Assembly: GCF_000023965.1 (NCBI RefSeq)
Contig: NC_013202.1
Location: forward strand, 1,800,001 to 1,832,000
Direction: 5' to 3'
Length of the DNA stretch: 32,000 nucleotides
Source of the DNA: Halomicrobium mukohataei DSM 12286
GTDB lineage: Archaea; Halobacteriota; Halobacteria; Halobacteriales; Haloarculaceae
Shown here: positions 1 to 10,206 of the stretch, piece after piece
Layout of the letters: each line of letters starts with the position of its first letter
How positions within the stretch are numbered: position 1 is the first letter of the stretch
Made by a program: the position numbers and the translations under genes
The notes under the pieces: generated by a model
Databases searched by the model: none
Seen by the model: the letters and a program-made list of their open reading frames with translations, nothing else
Told to the model about the DNA's origin: nothing

Positions 1-356
1 GGTGCGTCCACATCGAACCCGTACTCGATGTGGGACATCGGTTTTCCGTTCTTGGTGCTTTTATAAACGAACGATTTGACATATCGTGAGTCACTCCCCT
101 CGAAATCCGGCAATGAGACGACCTTTCCGCTGGGATCGTCCGAGGACTGCGTCTTCAATGACGGGGAGTTAGCCTTGGCGACCGCGTCTTCAATATGCTC
201 TCGCGTAACTGGATCGTCTCGACTACCAGTGATGACGATTGGGGTTGTGCCATTCCGTTTTGCGGCGCTCGCACCACTGATGGTACTACTGAGAATCCCT
301 GTACCGAGTACTGTGCCAGTTGTTTTGAGGAATGCCCTCCGACTGTTTCCAGGCAT
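1..356 (-). CDS. Secreted protein with twin-arginine (Tat) signal peptide; C-terminus lies outside the window (not in ORF track)
   Basis: Reverse-strand ATG at 356-354 opens a frame that runs to the window edge: MPGNSRRAFLKTTGTVLGTGILSSTISGASAAKRNGTTPIVITGSRDDPVTREHIEDAV... It has an SRRAFLK twin-arginine motif, a hydrophobic core and an ASA cleavage-like site. An AT-rich promoter-like region follows at 357-480. Confidence 0.55.
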   Translation of the reverse strand, partial: MPGNSRRAFLKTTGTVLGTGILSSTISGASAAKRNGTTPIVITGSRDDPVTREHIEDAVAKANSPSLKTQSSDDPSGKVVSLPDFEGSDSRYVKSFVYKSTKNGKPMSHIEYGFDVDA

Positions 357-660
357 GCACACGCCCGATTAGTATTATCTAATATTAATCTTTTTGATTT
401 CATTTCTTAGTTACATATAGTCTATCGTTAAAGTCTCGTAGCATAGTGGGGCGATATTACTTCTGATCGCCACTTCTCGGTCCTCCTCGAACGATGAGAT
501 CTATACGCTTCCTTGGTCATGTAGGAGTAAGCAGAGGCCTACTAGCTTTCAAGGAGAACCCAACTGTTGAGACCACACGCTGTCACATGACAAAATCTAC
601 TCGAAATCCCGGGGTTCCATTCGGTGGTGAAATCGAACAACTACGTCTCCCGAATCGCCG

Positions 661-1295
661 TATTTCACTACTATCGGTCGCGTCCATGGCATACACGTTC
701 CTGTCGCGACCCCTGACGAAGACGAGCCCATCGACGAGCAAAGCAACTCGTGACCGTCGTACGGTGGTCTGCGATCGGGAATTCGATTCGGAGGACATCT
801 TCCAGACGCTGTCGAATCTGAACGTGAACTACCTGATTCCAAAGCGGAGGCGACCGTCATTGAGCAGATGGAAGCGCCGGCGAAGATATGGCAGTCGAAT
901 CTGCCCGGATTGACGTTGAACACGGCAGTCACGAGATGGAGTTCTGCTACGTGCCGACTCGCTCTGAAGAGAGTGGTAGCAATTCGATATTTACGACCAA
1001 TGTCGCAGTCTCCGCGGACGACGCAGAAGGGTTCTGCCGCCGGTACAGCGATCGTTGGCAGATTGAGAAAGAGTACAAGACGATCAAGTACGATTTCCTC
1101 GCGACGACGAGCTCGAAGGATTACCGCGTTCGGCCGTCCTACTTCGTGTTCGCGGCACTCCTCTACAATCTTTGGCGGCTGACAGATGTCTTGCTCAAAG
1201 CCGGTGTTTCCACGGAAATCGTGGACTTCTCGCCGTACCTCACGGCCGGTGAGTTCGTTGACTACGTCGCGAAGTACCTCCGCCCAGCGGACTGA
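661..1295 (+). pseudogene. Degenerate ISH3/IS4-type DDE transposase (N-terminally truncated, at least two frameshifts)
   Basis: Three frames must be joined. The first gives ...RTVVCDREFDSEDIFQTLSNLNVNYLIPK (ends about 844). The second gives KAEATVIEQMEA. The third gives MAVESARIDVEH...YVPTRSEESGSNSIFTTN...YSDRWQIEKEYKTIKYDFLATTSSKDYRVRPSYFVFAALLYNLWRL (888-1295). The CDREFDS and Y-x2-R-x3-E-x6-K signatures are typical of IS4-superfamily haloarchaeal transposases. The upstream boundary is uncertain. Confidence 0.6.
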
Positions 1296-1597
1296 GGACA
1301 CTGGCTGAGCTCGATCAGTCCGCCCGGTCGTGAGCGATAGCTCTGTCCAGAATTCTCACTAAACTCGACATTTTCTGCCTCACATTGTGAGCGTTGACCG
1401 ACGATCCGATCTGTTGACTCTTCGACCGTCGTTCCCCTGTAGAAGGCGTCCGTGCCAGTTCTGGCCTTCAGTGTACCAACCTCCGAACTTCTGCTCGGAG
1501 TCGGCGGCCATTCTATATCGCGGATTGTGGTTTACCTACTCGTGATCGAACGCACGAAAGACCAAACGATAAGCCTGCGCCGGGCGAGAGCAGCGAC

Positions 1598-2689
1598 ATG
1601 GGTCTACGAGCACCCCCTCTCGACGACGTTCACGCCGCGGCCGAGGCGAGCTTCACCGACTTCGGCGGCTGGGAGATGCCCGTCGAGTTCGACTCGATCC
1701 GGACCGAACACGCCGCCGTCCGCGAGGCGGCCGGCAAGTTCGACGTGTCTCACATGGGCGAGATCGTCGTTTCGGGGACCGAAGCGACGGGTCTGATGCA
1801 GCGGCTCACGACGAACGACGTGACCGACCTCCGGCCCGGCCAGGCACACTACGCGGCGATCACCCGCGAGGACGGGGTGATGCTCGACGACACCGTCGTC
1901 TACCGGCTGCCAGAGGCCGTCGAGGGCGAGTACCTGTTCATCCCCAACGCCGGTCACGACGAGCAGATGGCGACGCGGTGGCGCGAGTACGCGGACGAAC
2001 GCGACCTCGACGCCATCGTCGAGAATCGGACGACCGAGTACGGCCTGATCGCGCTCCAGGGGCCCGATGCACCGTCGCTGCTCGCAGACGAGACGACGCT
2101 GTCGCTGGACGAGCTTGGCCGCTTCGAGATCGCCACGGCCACCGTCGCGGGCGTCGAGACGCTCGTCGCGACGACCGGATACACCGGCGAGGCGGGCTAC
2201 GAACTCGTCGTGCCGTGGGACGAGACCGAGACCGTCTGGGGTGCGCTCGACTGCCAGCCCTGCGGACTGGGTGCGCGAGACACGCTCAGACTGGAGATGG
2301 GCTTTCTCCTCTCCGGGCAGGACTTCGATCCCGAGGACGATCCCCGCAACCCCTACGAGGCAGGGATCGGCTTCGTCGTCGACCTCGACACCGAGTTCGT
2401 GGGTCGTGACGCGCTGGAAGGCGTCGACGTGGAGGGTCCCGCGGAGAAGCTGACCGGCCTGTCGCTGATCGACCGCGGCGTTCCGCGTGCGGGCTACGAC
2501 GTGACGACGCCGAACGGCGACCGCGTCGGCACGGTCACCAGCGGGACGATGAGCCCGACGCTGGGCGAACCGATCGCGCTGGCGTATATCGACACTGACT
2601 ATATCGAACCCGGACGGACGGTCCGGGTCGTCGTTCGGGGCGAACCGAAGAAGGCACGTATCAGGACCACGCCATTCCTCGATAGATGA
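1598..2689 (+). CDS. gcvT: Glycine cleavage system T protein (aminomethyltransferase)
   Basis: 363 aa. [10 protein letters not shown] and [13 protein letters not shown] motifs, with a folate-binding GcvT-like C-terminus. ATGA overlap with the downstream gcvH. Confidence 0.95.
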   Translation: MGLRAPPLDDVHAAAEASFTDFGGWEMPVEFDSIRTEHAAVREAAGKFDVSHMGEIVVSGTEATGLMQRLTTNDVTDLRPGQAHYAAITREDGVMLDDTVVYRLPEAVEGEYLFIPNAGHDEQMATRWREYADERDLDAIVENRTTEYGLIALQGPDAPSLLADETTLSLDELGRFEIATATVAGVETLVATTGYTGEAGYELVVPWDETETVWGALDCQPCGLGARDTLRLEMGFLLSGQDFDPEDDPRNPYEAGIGFVVDLDTEFVGRDALEGVDVEGPAEKLTGLSLIDRGVPRAGYDVTTPNGDRVGTVTSGTMSPTLGEPIALAYIDTDYIEPGRTVRVVVRGEPKKARIRTTPFLDR

Positions 2690-3069
2690 GCTTCGACGTT
2701 CCCGACGACTGTCGGTACCTCGACTCCCACGAGTGGGTGCGACAGGCAGACGACGCGGCGACGATCGGCATCTCAGACTTCGCGCAGGACGAACTCGGCG
2801 ACGTGGTCTTCGTCGAACTGCCCGACGAGGGCGCGGAACTGACTGCCGGCGAGGAGTTCGGCGTCGTCGAATCGATCAAGGCGGTCTCGGACATCTACGC
2901 GCCCGTTTCGGGAACCGTCACCGCGGTCAACGACGCCCTGTTCGACGAGCCGGAACTGGTCAACGACGATCCCTTCGGCGACGGCTGGCTGCTGGAGATC
3001 GAACTGGCCGAGGGCTCGGAACTGGACGACCTGCTCTCGCCCGACGAGTACCGCGAGCAGATCGCCTGA
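2686..3069 (+). CDS. gcvH: Glycine cleavage system H protein (lipoyl carrier)
   Basis: 127 aa. The lipoyl-lysine motif [18 protein letters not shown] and the C-terminal PFGDGWL motif are both present. Confidence 0.95.
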   Translation: MSFDVPDDCRYLDSHEWVRQADDAATIGISDFAQDELGDVVFVELPDEGAELTAGEEFGVVESIKAVSDIYAPVSGTVTAVNDALFDEPELVNDDPFGDGWLLEIELAEGSELDDLLSPDEYREQIA

Positions 3070-3093
3070 CCGGCTCGAACTGCTGGCCGTCTC

Positions 3094-3642
3094 TCACTTT
3101 CCGGTCGTCGTCTCGGCGGGGGCTCTCGGTGGCTCGGCGATGGCCAACTCGAACTCGACTTCGATCGGATCGTCGGTCGCCGGTGTCTGCTGGTCGGTGT
3201 TGTCCAGCGTCAGGAGCAACTCTCGGTCGTCCAGTCGTTCGACCAGCGCCGTCTCACTGACGTTCTGACGGGTGTACTCGTCGACGACCGACACGTCTCG
3301 GGCCCCGCTCTGGTAGGCGTCGTAGGCCGCGCGCTCGAACACCAGCACGTCGACGGTCGCGTCGTCGACGACCGACACCTCGTAGCTGAGATAGGAGCCA
3401 CCGGTCGCGTCGTCAGTCTGTAACTGGTGGGCGCTGAACTCGCCCGGTGGGAGTTCGAAGGTGCCGCCGCTACTGCTCGACTTGAACGCCCGGCGAGGGT
3501 CCTCGGGGTAGTCGTCAGCGCGGTCGGGAACACCGTCGTCGTCGCCGTCCGTCGGTGTAGGCGTCGGATCGCCGCCCAGCGCCGAGCAGCCGCCGAGCAA
3601 CGTTGCGCCGCTCAGGAGGAGTTCGCGACGGGGGACACGCAT
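3094..3642 (-). CDS. Tat-signal lipoprotein, function unknown
   Basis: 182 aa. The N-terminus is MRVPRRELLLSGATLLGGCSALGG, with a twin-arginine motif and an LGGC lipobox. A Pro/Thr/Asp linker precedes an acidic mature domain. GC3-rich codon usage. Confidence 0.75.
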   Translation of the reverse strand: MRVPRRELLLSGATLLGGCSALGGDPTPTPTDGDDDGVPDRADDYPEDPRRAFKSSSSGGTFELPPGEFSAHQLQTDDATGGSYLSYEVSVVDDATVDVLVFERAAYDAYQSGARDVSVVDEYTRQNVSETALVERLDDRELLLTLDNTDQQTPATDDPIEVEFELAIAEPPRAPAETTTGK

Positions 3643-3711
3643 GCTGATTCGTTCCGGCAGAACGGTGGTAGACGTTTCGGTCGCCGCGACTGCTCTGGAA
3701 CGCGCACACTA

Positions 3712-3766
3712 ATGTAGGCCCAGCCGTAAGCCTCGCCTATCACGTCCCTACGGGGACGACCTACAT
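3712..3766 (+). promoter_or_regulatory. Nested inverted repeats directly upstream of the gcvPA start codon
   Basis: The outer 7-bp perfect repeat is atgtagg (3712-3718) / cctacat (3760-3766). It encloses an inner hairpin cgtccc (3743-3748) / gggacg (3753-3758) with loop tacg. The ATG is at 3768. Confidence 0.25.
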
Positions 3767-3767
3767 C

Positions 3768-5105
3768 ATGAGCGAAGACGATGCTCGCGGGACGCCCTAT
3801 GCACCGCACACGGCGGCGACGACGGCGGCGATGCTCGACGCCGTCGGCGTCGACAGCGAGGCCGCACTGTTCGACATCCCCGAGTCCGTTGCCTTCGACT
3901 CGGACTTCGACATCCCGGAACGCTCCGAGCGGGAGACGCGCTCGCACGTCGAGGGGATCCTCGGGCGCAACGACGACCTGACGGCGTTCCTGGGCCGGGG
4001 GCACTACGACCACTACGTCCCCTCGATCGTCGACGACCTGGCGGGGCGCTCGGAGTTTCTGACCTCCTACACCCAGTACCAGCCCGAGATCGCACAGGGG
4101 TTCTTGCAGGCGCTGTTCGAGTACCAGTCGATGCTGGTCGAGCTGACGGGACTGGGCGTCGCGAACTGCTCGATGTACGACGCCGCGACCGCGCTGGGCG
4201 AGGCCGCGACGCTCTCTCAGCGGCTCCGGAGCGTCTCCGGCGACCGGATACTCGTGCCGGACCTGCTGCGAGCGGGCAAGCGCGCCGTCCTGGACAACTA
4301 CGCCGCGGGGCCGGGACTGACCGTCGAGACGTATCCGACGACGGACGGCAACGTCGATCTCGACGCCCTGCGCGGGGCACTCGGCGACGACGTGGCGATG
4401 GTCTACGCCGAGAACCCGACGGTCCGGGGCACCATCGAGGAAGGGCTGGCCGCCGTCGGCGACGCCGCCGACGCCCACGACGCGCTGTTCTGTCTCGGGA
4501 CGGATCCGGTTGCGATGGCGCTGCTCGAAACGCCGGCCAGCGTCGGCGCGGACGTGGTCGTCGGCGACGCGAGCTCGCTGGGGACCGGCACGGCCTACGG
4601 GTTCGGACTCGGGCTGTTCGTCACGCGTGAGGCGTACCTCCGGCAGGTCCCGGGACGCCTCGTCGGCGCGGCCGAGGACGACAGCGGTCGGCGGGCCTAC
4701 ACGCTCACGCTCCAGACGCGCGAACAGCACATTCGCCGCGAGCGGGCCACCTCGAACATCTGTACGAACCAGGCCTGGGTCGCGCTGCGAGCGGCGATGC
4801 ACGCCGCCTGGCTCGGCCCCGACGGGCTGGTCGATCTCGCCGAGTCCTGTGTCACCCGCGCTCGCGACCTCGCGGCGCGGATCGACGAGATCAGCGGCGT
4901 GCGAGCGCCGGTCCACGACCGCCACCACTTCCGCGAGTTCGTGGCTCACACCGACCAGCCCGCCGAGGCGATCCGCGCCGACCTCGCCGAGGAGGGGTAC
5001 GCGGTCCACGCGGTCGGCGACCACGAGATACAGATCTGCGCGACCGAGACGACCGAACGCGCCGTCGACGACTTCGTCGACACCCTCGCGGAGGTGGCCC
5101 GATGA
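3768..5105 (+). CDS. gcvPA: Glycine dehydrogenase (decarboxylating) subunit 1
   Basis: 445 aa. [28 protein letters not shown] motif. ATGA overlap with gcvPB. Confidence 0.95.
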   Translation: MSEDDARGTPYAPHTAATTAAMLDAVGVDSEAALFDIPESVAFDSDFDIPERSERETRSHVEGILGRNDDLTAFLGRGHYDHYVPSIVDDLAGRSEFLTSYTQYQPEIAQGFLQALFEYQSMLVELTGLGVANCSMYDAATALGEAATLSQRLRSVSGDRILVPDLLRAGKRAVLDNYAAGPGLTVETYPTTDGNVDLDALRGALGDDVAMVYAENPTVRGTIEEGLAAVGDAADAHDALFCLGTDPVAMALLETPASVGADVVVGDASSLGTGTAYGFGLGLFVTREAYLRQVPGRLVGAAEDDSGRRAYTLTLQTREQHIRRERATSNICTNQAWVALRAAMHAAWLGPDGLVDLAESCVTRARDLAARIDEISGVRAPVHDRHHFREFVAHTDQPAEAIRADLAEEGYAVHAVGDHEIQICATETTERAVDDFVDTLAEVAR

Positions 5106-6517
5106 ACTATTCACAGGCCCGCTGGACGGACGACGACGACCGGTATGAACCGCTGCTCTCCGAGAAGTCCAGCGAAACGGTCTCGACCGAGGACGGCCCC
5201 CTGCCCGACGATCTGACCCGCGACTCGCTGACGCTGCCCGACGTGAGCGAACCCGAACTGGCCCGCCACTACACGCGCCTCTCACAGACGAACTACGGCG
5301 TCGAGAGCGGCCCCTTCCCGCTCGGTTCGTGTACGATGAAGTACAACCCCTCGTTCACCGAGGATCTGGCCGCCAGCCCCGACGCGGCGGTCCACCCCGA
5401 TCAGCCGACGGAGACGACACAGGGGACCCTGGAGTTGCTGTACCGGCTCCAGGACTATCTCGGGCGCATCGGGGGGATGGACGCCGTCTCGCTCCAGCCC
5501 CCCGCCGGTGCGGCCGGCGAGTTTGCGGGGATCCTCGTCGCGAAGGCCTACCACGAGCACAACGGCGAGGACCGCAGTGAGGTCCTGATCCCCGAGTCGG
5601 CTCACGGCACCAACTTCGCCAGCGCGGCGATGGCGGGCTACGACGTGGTCTCGCTGGCCGGCGACGACGACGGCCGCGTCGACCTCGACGCGCTGGAAGC
5701 GGCCGTCGGCGAGGAGACCGCGGCGCTGATGCTGACGAATCCGAACACGCTGGGCCTGTTCGAGCGCGACATCGAGGCGATCGCCGAGATCGTCCACGAC
5801 GCTGGCGGCCTGCTGTACTACGACGGCGCGAACCTCAACGCGCTCCTTGGCCGCGCTCGGCCCGGCGACATGGGCTTCGACGTGATGCACTACAACGTCC
5901 ACAAGACGTTCGCGACGCCCCACGGCGGGGGCGGTCCGGGCGCGGGTCCGATCGGCGTCACCGACGAGCTCGCGCCGTTCCTCCCCGCGCCGCGGGTCGC
6001 AGAGTCCGGCGGCGGCTACGAGTACGTCGATCCCGACCGCTCGATGGGCAAGGTCCACGGCTTCTACGGCAACTGGCCGGTGCTGTTGAAGGCCTACGCG
6101 TACATCGCTCGGCTGGGCGACGCGGGGCTCGCCGACGCCAGCGCCAAGGCCGTCCTCAACGCGAACTACCTCGCCGAGCAGATCGACTACGAGATCCCGT
6201 TCGGTCCCTTCCACCACGAGTTCGTCGCCAGCGCGGGCGAGCAGGACGCCGCGGACGTGGCAAAGCGGATGCTCGACTACGGGGTCCATCCGCCGACGAC
6301 GAAGTGGCCCGAGATCGTGCCCGAGGCGCTGATGACCGAACCGACCGAGGCCGAGTCTCGACGGACGCTCGACCAGCTGGCCGCGGCGTTCGACGCCGTC
6401 GCCGGGGAGAGCGACGAGACGCTCGCGAGCGCCCCGGAGTCGACCGCGGCCCGCCGGATCGATCAGGTCCGTGCCGCTCGCGAGCCGCGCCTCAGTTGGC
6501 AATCGCTGGACGAATAG
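5102..6517 (+). CDS. gcvPB: Glycine dehydrogenase (decarboxylating) subunit 2
   Basis: 471 aa. GSCTMKYNP motif and the PLP-lysine region [21 protein letters not shown]. Confidence 0.95.
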   Translation: MNYSQARWTDDDDRYEPLLSEKSSETVSTEDGPLPDDLTRDSLTLPDVSEPELARHYTRLSQTNYGVESGPFPLGSCTMKYNPSFTEDLAASPDAAVHPDQPTETTQGTLELLYRLQDYLGRIGGMDAVSLQPPAGAAGEFAGILVAKAYHEHNGEDRSEVLIPESAHGTNFASAAMAGYDVVSLAGDDDGRVDLDALEAAVGEETAALMLTNPNTLGLFERDIEAIAEIVHDAGGLLYYDGANLNALLGRARPGDMGFDVMHYNVHKTFATPHGGGGPGAGPIGVTDELAPFLPAPRVAESGGGYEYVDPDRSMGKVHGFYGNWPVLLKAYAYIARLGDAGLADASAKAVLNANYLAEQIDYEIPFGPFHHEFVASAGEQDAADVAKRMLDYGVHPPTTKWPEIVPEALMTEPTEAESRRTLDQLAAAFDAVAGESDETLASAPESTAARRIDQVRAAREPRLSWQSLDE

Positions 6518-6567
6518 CCGCCGGAAGTACGCAATCCTTATTATTTTACCAGTCCTGAGTTAACAAT

Positions 6568-6996
6568 ATGGCCGTCGTTAGCGTCTCGATGCCGGACGAA
6601 CTGCTCGAACGGATCGACGAGTTCTCCGAAGATCACGGGTACACCGGCCGGAGCGAGGTGTTTCGCGAGGCCGCCCGGAACCTCCTCGGCGAGTTCGAGG
6701 ACCGCAAGCTCGAAGATCGCGAACTGCTCGGCGTCGTCACCGTCCTGTTCAACTACGAGACCACGAGCGTCGAAGAACGGATGATGCACCTGCGCCACGA
6801 ACACGAGGGGCTGGTCGCCTCGAACTTCCACAGCCACGTCGGCGACGCCTTCTGTATGGAACTGTTCGTTCTGGAGGGGCAACTCGACGAGATCTCCGCG
6901 TTCGTGGGCAAGATCCGCGCGACCAAGGACACGCTGACCATCGACTACTCGGTGACGCCGGTCGACGGCTTCGAACCGACCTTCGAGGGCGCGTGA
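6568..6996 (+). CDS. nikR: NikR-family nickel-responsive ribbon-helix-helix regulator
   Basis: 142 aa. The N-terminal RHH region reads [37 protein letters not shown]. The C-terminal metal-site pattern is H-x-H-x5-C ([10 protein letters not shown]), preceded by HLRHEH. Confidence 0.85.
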   Translation: MAVVSVSMPDELLERIDEFSEDHGYTGRSEVFREAARNLLGEFEDRKLEDRELLGVVTVLFNYETTSVEERMMHLRHEHEGLVASNFHSHVGDAFCMELFVLEGQLDEISAFVGKIRATKDTLTIDYSVTPVDGFEPTFEGA

Positions 6997-7076
6997 ACGC
7001 CCCGATCCCCGCTTCGCTCCCGTCTGCCGTTGACCGGTTGATATATTTCCCTCCACGCGTTATCTGACGCCGTTCG

Positions 7077-10000
7077 ATGTCCGCTCTTCGCGTCCTCCAC
7101 GTCAGACCCGCCGACTGGTCCGGTCCCGAGCTCGGTGACGACTTTGCGGTCACCGTCGTCCACGGGACCGACGGTGCTGACTTCGAGACGGCGAATCTGG
7201 ACTGTGCCGTCGTCGAGGCGGCCCTCGGCGACGACGATGGGATCGACGCGCTGAGGGCACTGCGCGAGCGGGCTCCATCGCTGCCGGTCGTCCTCTGTAC
7301 TGCGGTCGCCGACGGGACCGTTGGGGCTGCCGCCACGCGCCACGGCGTGACCGAGTACGTACCCCGAGACGGCGCGGTTCGCGTCGCCGATCGGGTGCGA
7401 GCCGTTGTCGCCGACCACACGTCCGACGATGCGTCCGCGCCCGAGTCGACGGGGAGGTCGGCGGCCGCCAGCGCCGGCATCTCGGAACGCGAGCAGCGCC
7501 GGCACGCGCTGACGGCGACCAACGAGGCACTGGAGTCACTCGCCACGCTTGCGTCGCGAAACGACCTCGAGCAGACGGAACGGATCCGCCAAGCCTTGGA
7601 GATCGGCCGCCAGCGTCTCGGACTCCCGCTCGGATACTTCACCCGGATCGACGGCTCGACCCAGCGGATCGAGGTGACGGCCGGTCGCTCTGATCTGGTC
7701 AGTGCGGGAATGTCGGCTCCCCTGTCGAAGACGTACTGTCGGCGGACGATCCAGCAGGACGGCCTGCTGACGATCGCAGACGCCGAGCAGGAAGGGTGGA
7801 GCGACGACTCGGCCTTCGAGAGCTTCGGCGTCTCCTGTTATCTCGGCGGGACCGTCGTCGTCGACGGCGAGACCTACGGTACGCTGTGTTTCGGCGCGAC
7901 GGATCCCAGAGACCGGTCGTTTACCGACGCCGAGAAGCGCCTCGTCAACCTGCTCGTCGAGTGGGTCGGCAACGAGATCGAGCGCAACCAGCGAGAGACG
8001 GATCTCCGGCGATACGCCGACATCATCGAAGCCGTCGACGACGGCGTTTACGCGCTCGACGACGAGGGCCGCTTTACCCTGGTCAACGAGGCGATGACGG
8101 ATCTCACGGGCTACGATCGCGAGACGCTGCTGGGTTCGCACACGGCCCGCATCAAGGACGACGGGACCGTCGACCGCGCCCAGTCGATCCTCGTGGAGAT
8201 GCTCCGCGGGGTCCGATCCGACGAGGAGACGTTCGAGCTGTCGATCCAGCGCGCAGACGGGAGCGCCTTTCCCGCACAGGATCACATGACGATTCTGCGC
8301 GACGACGGCTCGTTCGCCGGGACTGCCGGCGTGATCCGCGACGTGACCGCACAGCGAGCCCGCGACGAGGCACTGGAGGGGCTATTAGAGACGACCCGAT
8401 CGCTGATGGCCGCCCAGACACCGACGGAGGTCGCAGAGATCGTCGCCGGTGCCGCCAGCGAGACGCTGGGGTTCGAACTCAATCTGGTTCGACTGTACGA
8501 TTCCGACGACGACACGCTCGTCCCGATCGCCAGAGCCGGCGACAGCGCCGACGAGATCGATCGGCCGATCCGGGACAGCGACGAGGGGTATCCCGGCGAG
8601 GCCTTCTCCACCGGGGAGACGCTCGTCGTCGACGACCTGAACGACCGGGCCGGCTACGACAGCGGGCCAGCGGCGTCGGCGATCTACCTCCCACTCGGCG
8701 AGTACGGGGTCTGTACGGTCGCCAGCACCGAGCCACGCGCCTTCGACGACAGCGACCGATCGATCGCCGAGATCCTCGCCTCGAACGCCGCCGCGGCGTT
8801 CGAGCGCGTCGATCGCGAACAGGAGCTGTTGCGCTACGAGACGGCCGTCGAGAACGTCAACGACATGCTCTACGTCCTCGACGAGGAAGGCCGATTCCAG
8901 CTGGTCACACAGCCGCTGGCGACGTACCTCGGCTTCGACCGGTCCGAACTTCTCGGGGCGCGCCCGGAGATCGTCCTCGACGACGCGACCATCGACCGGT
9001 TCGAAGCCGAGATCGGCTCGCTCCGCCGTGGAGACGCCGACCACGCCGACGTACAGACCGAGCTGTCGACGGCAGACGGCAACGATCGACCGGTCGAGAT
9101 CGAGATCTCGCTCATCTCCGGCGAGGGGGCGTTCCAGGGAACCGTCGGCGTCGTTCGCGACCGGACGGAACTCCAGCAGACCCGCGAACGGCTCCATCAG
9201 GAACAGACTCGCTTTTCCTACCTCTTCGACGCGCTGCCGGATCCGGTCGTGGAGACGGAGCTGGTCGACGGCGAGCCGGTCGTTCGATCGGCCAACCCCG
9301 CGTTCGCCGAGACGTTCGATCTCGGCGACTCGTCGCTGTCGGGTCGGACGATCGATTCCCTGCTGCGGGGGCCGGACGACTCGGAGTCGACCGATCCCTC
9401 GCTGTCTGCGGTCGCCGACGACGAGTCCGTCCAGGGCGAACTCAGGCGCTGGACGGCCGACGGGTTCCGGGACTTTCTCTTCCGGGCGGTCCCCTATCAG
9501 CGGGGCGACGGCCGGCAGTTCGCCTTCGGTATCTACACCGACATCACAGAGCAGCGCGAGCGCCAGCGGCGACTCGAAGTCCTCAATCGCGTCTTGCGCC
9601 ACAACCTCCGCAACGACATGACCGTCATTCTGGGGACGGCCGAAGAACTGGTCGGCCGGGCCGACGACGAGGAGAACCGAACGCTCCTCAGGCGACTCCT
9701 TCGAAAGGCCGAGGGCGTCGTCTCGCTGTCGGACCGGGCCCGCGAGATCGAGGCAGCCGTCCGCCGGGACCCCGCGACGACGGACTCCGTCTCGGTACCG
9801 GAGATCGTCGAGAGCGTCGTCGACGAACTCGCGACCGAGCACCCCGAGGCGACGCTCCGGACCGACTGCGATCCCGTTCCGCCCATTGCGGACCCGCGAC
9901 TCCGAACGGCGCTGTACGAGACCGTCGAGAACGCCCTGGAACACAACGAGGTACCGACCGTCTCCGTCGACGTGACGGCCGACGCCGAGAGCGTCCGTAT

Positions 10001-10205
10001 CCGGATCGAGGACGACGGCAGCGGCATTCCGGCGGACGAACTCGCCGTCGTCACCGGGGACGCAGAGATCACGCAACTGACGCACGGCACTGGCCTGGGC
10101 CTGTGGCTCATCACGTGGCTGATCGAGTCCTACGGCGGCACCGTGACCTTCGAGAACACCGCCGGGACGACCGTGACGCTCCGCGTGCCCCACACGGACC
10201 GCTGA
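7077..10205 (+). CDS. Multi-sensor signal-transduction histidine kinase (degenerate receiver - GAF - PAS - GAF - PAS - PAS - HisKA - HATPase)
   Basis: 1042 aa. The H-box is LEVLNRVLRHNLRNDMTVILG. The HATPase N/G boxes are ENALEHN, EDDGSGIP and GTGLGLWL. Several PAS-like blocks are present (e.g. AVDDGVYALDDEGRFTLVNEAMTDLTGY). Two GAF-like blocks end in YGTLCF and YGVCTV. Confidence 0.9.
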   Translation: MSALRVLHVRPADWSGPELGDDFAVTVVHGTDGADFETANLDCAVVEAALGDDDGIDALRALRERAPSLPVVLCTAVADGTVGAAATRHGVTEYVPRDGAVRVADRVRAVVADHTSDDASAPESTGRSAAASAGISEREQRRHALTATNEALESLATLASRNDLEQTERIRQALEIGRQRLGLPLGYFTRIDGSTQRIEVTAGRSDLVSAGMSAPLSKTYCRRTIQQDGLLTIADAEQEGWSDDSAFESFGVSCYLGGTVVVDGETYGTLCFGATDPRDRSFTDAEKRLVNLLVEWVGNEIERNQRETDLRRYADIIEAVDDGVYALDDEGRFTLVNEAMTDLTGYDRETLLGSHTARIKDDGTVDRAQSILVEMLRGVRSDEETFELSIQRADGSAFPAQDHMTILRDDGSFAGTAGVIRDVTAQRARDEALEGLLETTRSLMAAQTPTEVAEIVAGAASETLGFELNLVRLYDSDDDTLVPIARAGDSADEIDRPIRDSDEGYPGEAFSTGETLVVDDLNDRAGYDSGPAASAIYLPLGEYGVCTVASTEPRAFDDSDRSIAEILASNAAAAFERVDREQELLRYETAVENVNDMLYVLDEEGRFQLVTQPLATYLGFDRSELLGARPEIVLDDATIDRFEAEIGSLRRGDADHADVQTELSTADGNDRPVEIEISLISGEGAFQGTVGVVRDRTELQQTRERLHQEQTRFSYLFDALPDPVVETELVDGEPVVRSANPAFAETFDLGDSSLSGRTIDSLLRGPDDSESTDPSLSAVADDESVQGELRRWTADGFRDFLFRAVPYQRGDGRQFAFGIYTDITEQRERQRRLEVLNRVLRHNLRNDMTVILGTAEELVGRADDEENRTLLRRLLRKAEGVVSLSDRAREIEAAVRRDPATTDSVSVPEIVESVVDELATEHPEATLRTDCDPVPPIADPRLRTALYETVENALEHNEVPTVSVDVTADAESVRIRIEDDGSGIPADELAVVTGDAEITQLTHGTGLGLWLITWLIESYGGTVTFENTAGTTVTLRVPHTDR

Positions 10206-10206
10206 A

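Noticed and set aside
1300-1597. Possible glycine riboswitch upstream of gcvT
   Set aside because: I could not find the conserved glycine-aptamer core (paired GGAGAG...CACCG... elements). A TATA-like element 28 nt from the ATG suggests a leaderless mRNA. Only a small palindrome, ctcaca-t-tgtgag (about 1380-1392), is present.
3612-5285. 557-aa ORF antisense to gcvPA, plus nested ORFs 3766-4380(-) and 4510-5148(+)
   Set aside because: Arg/Pro/Gly/Ser-rich composition is typical of wrong frames in GC-rich DNA. The region is fully covered by a motif-verified gcvPA gene on the other strand.
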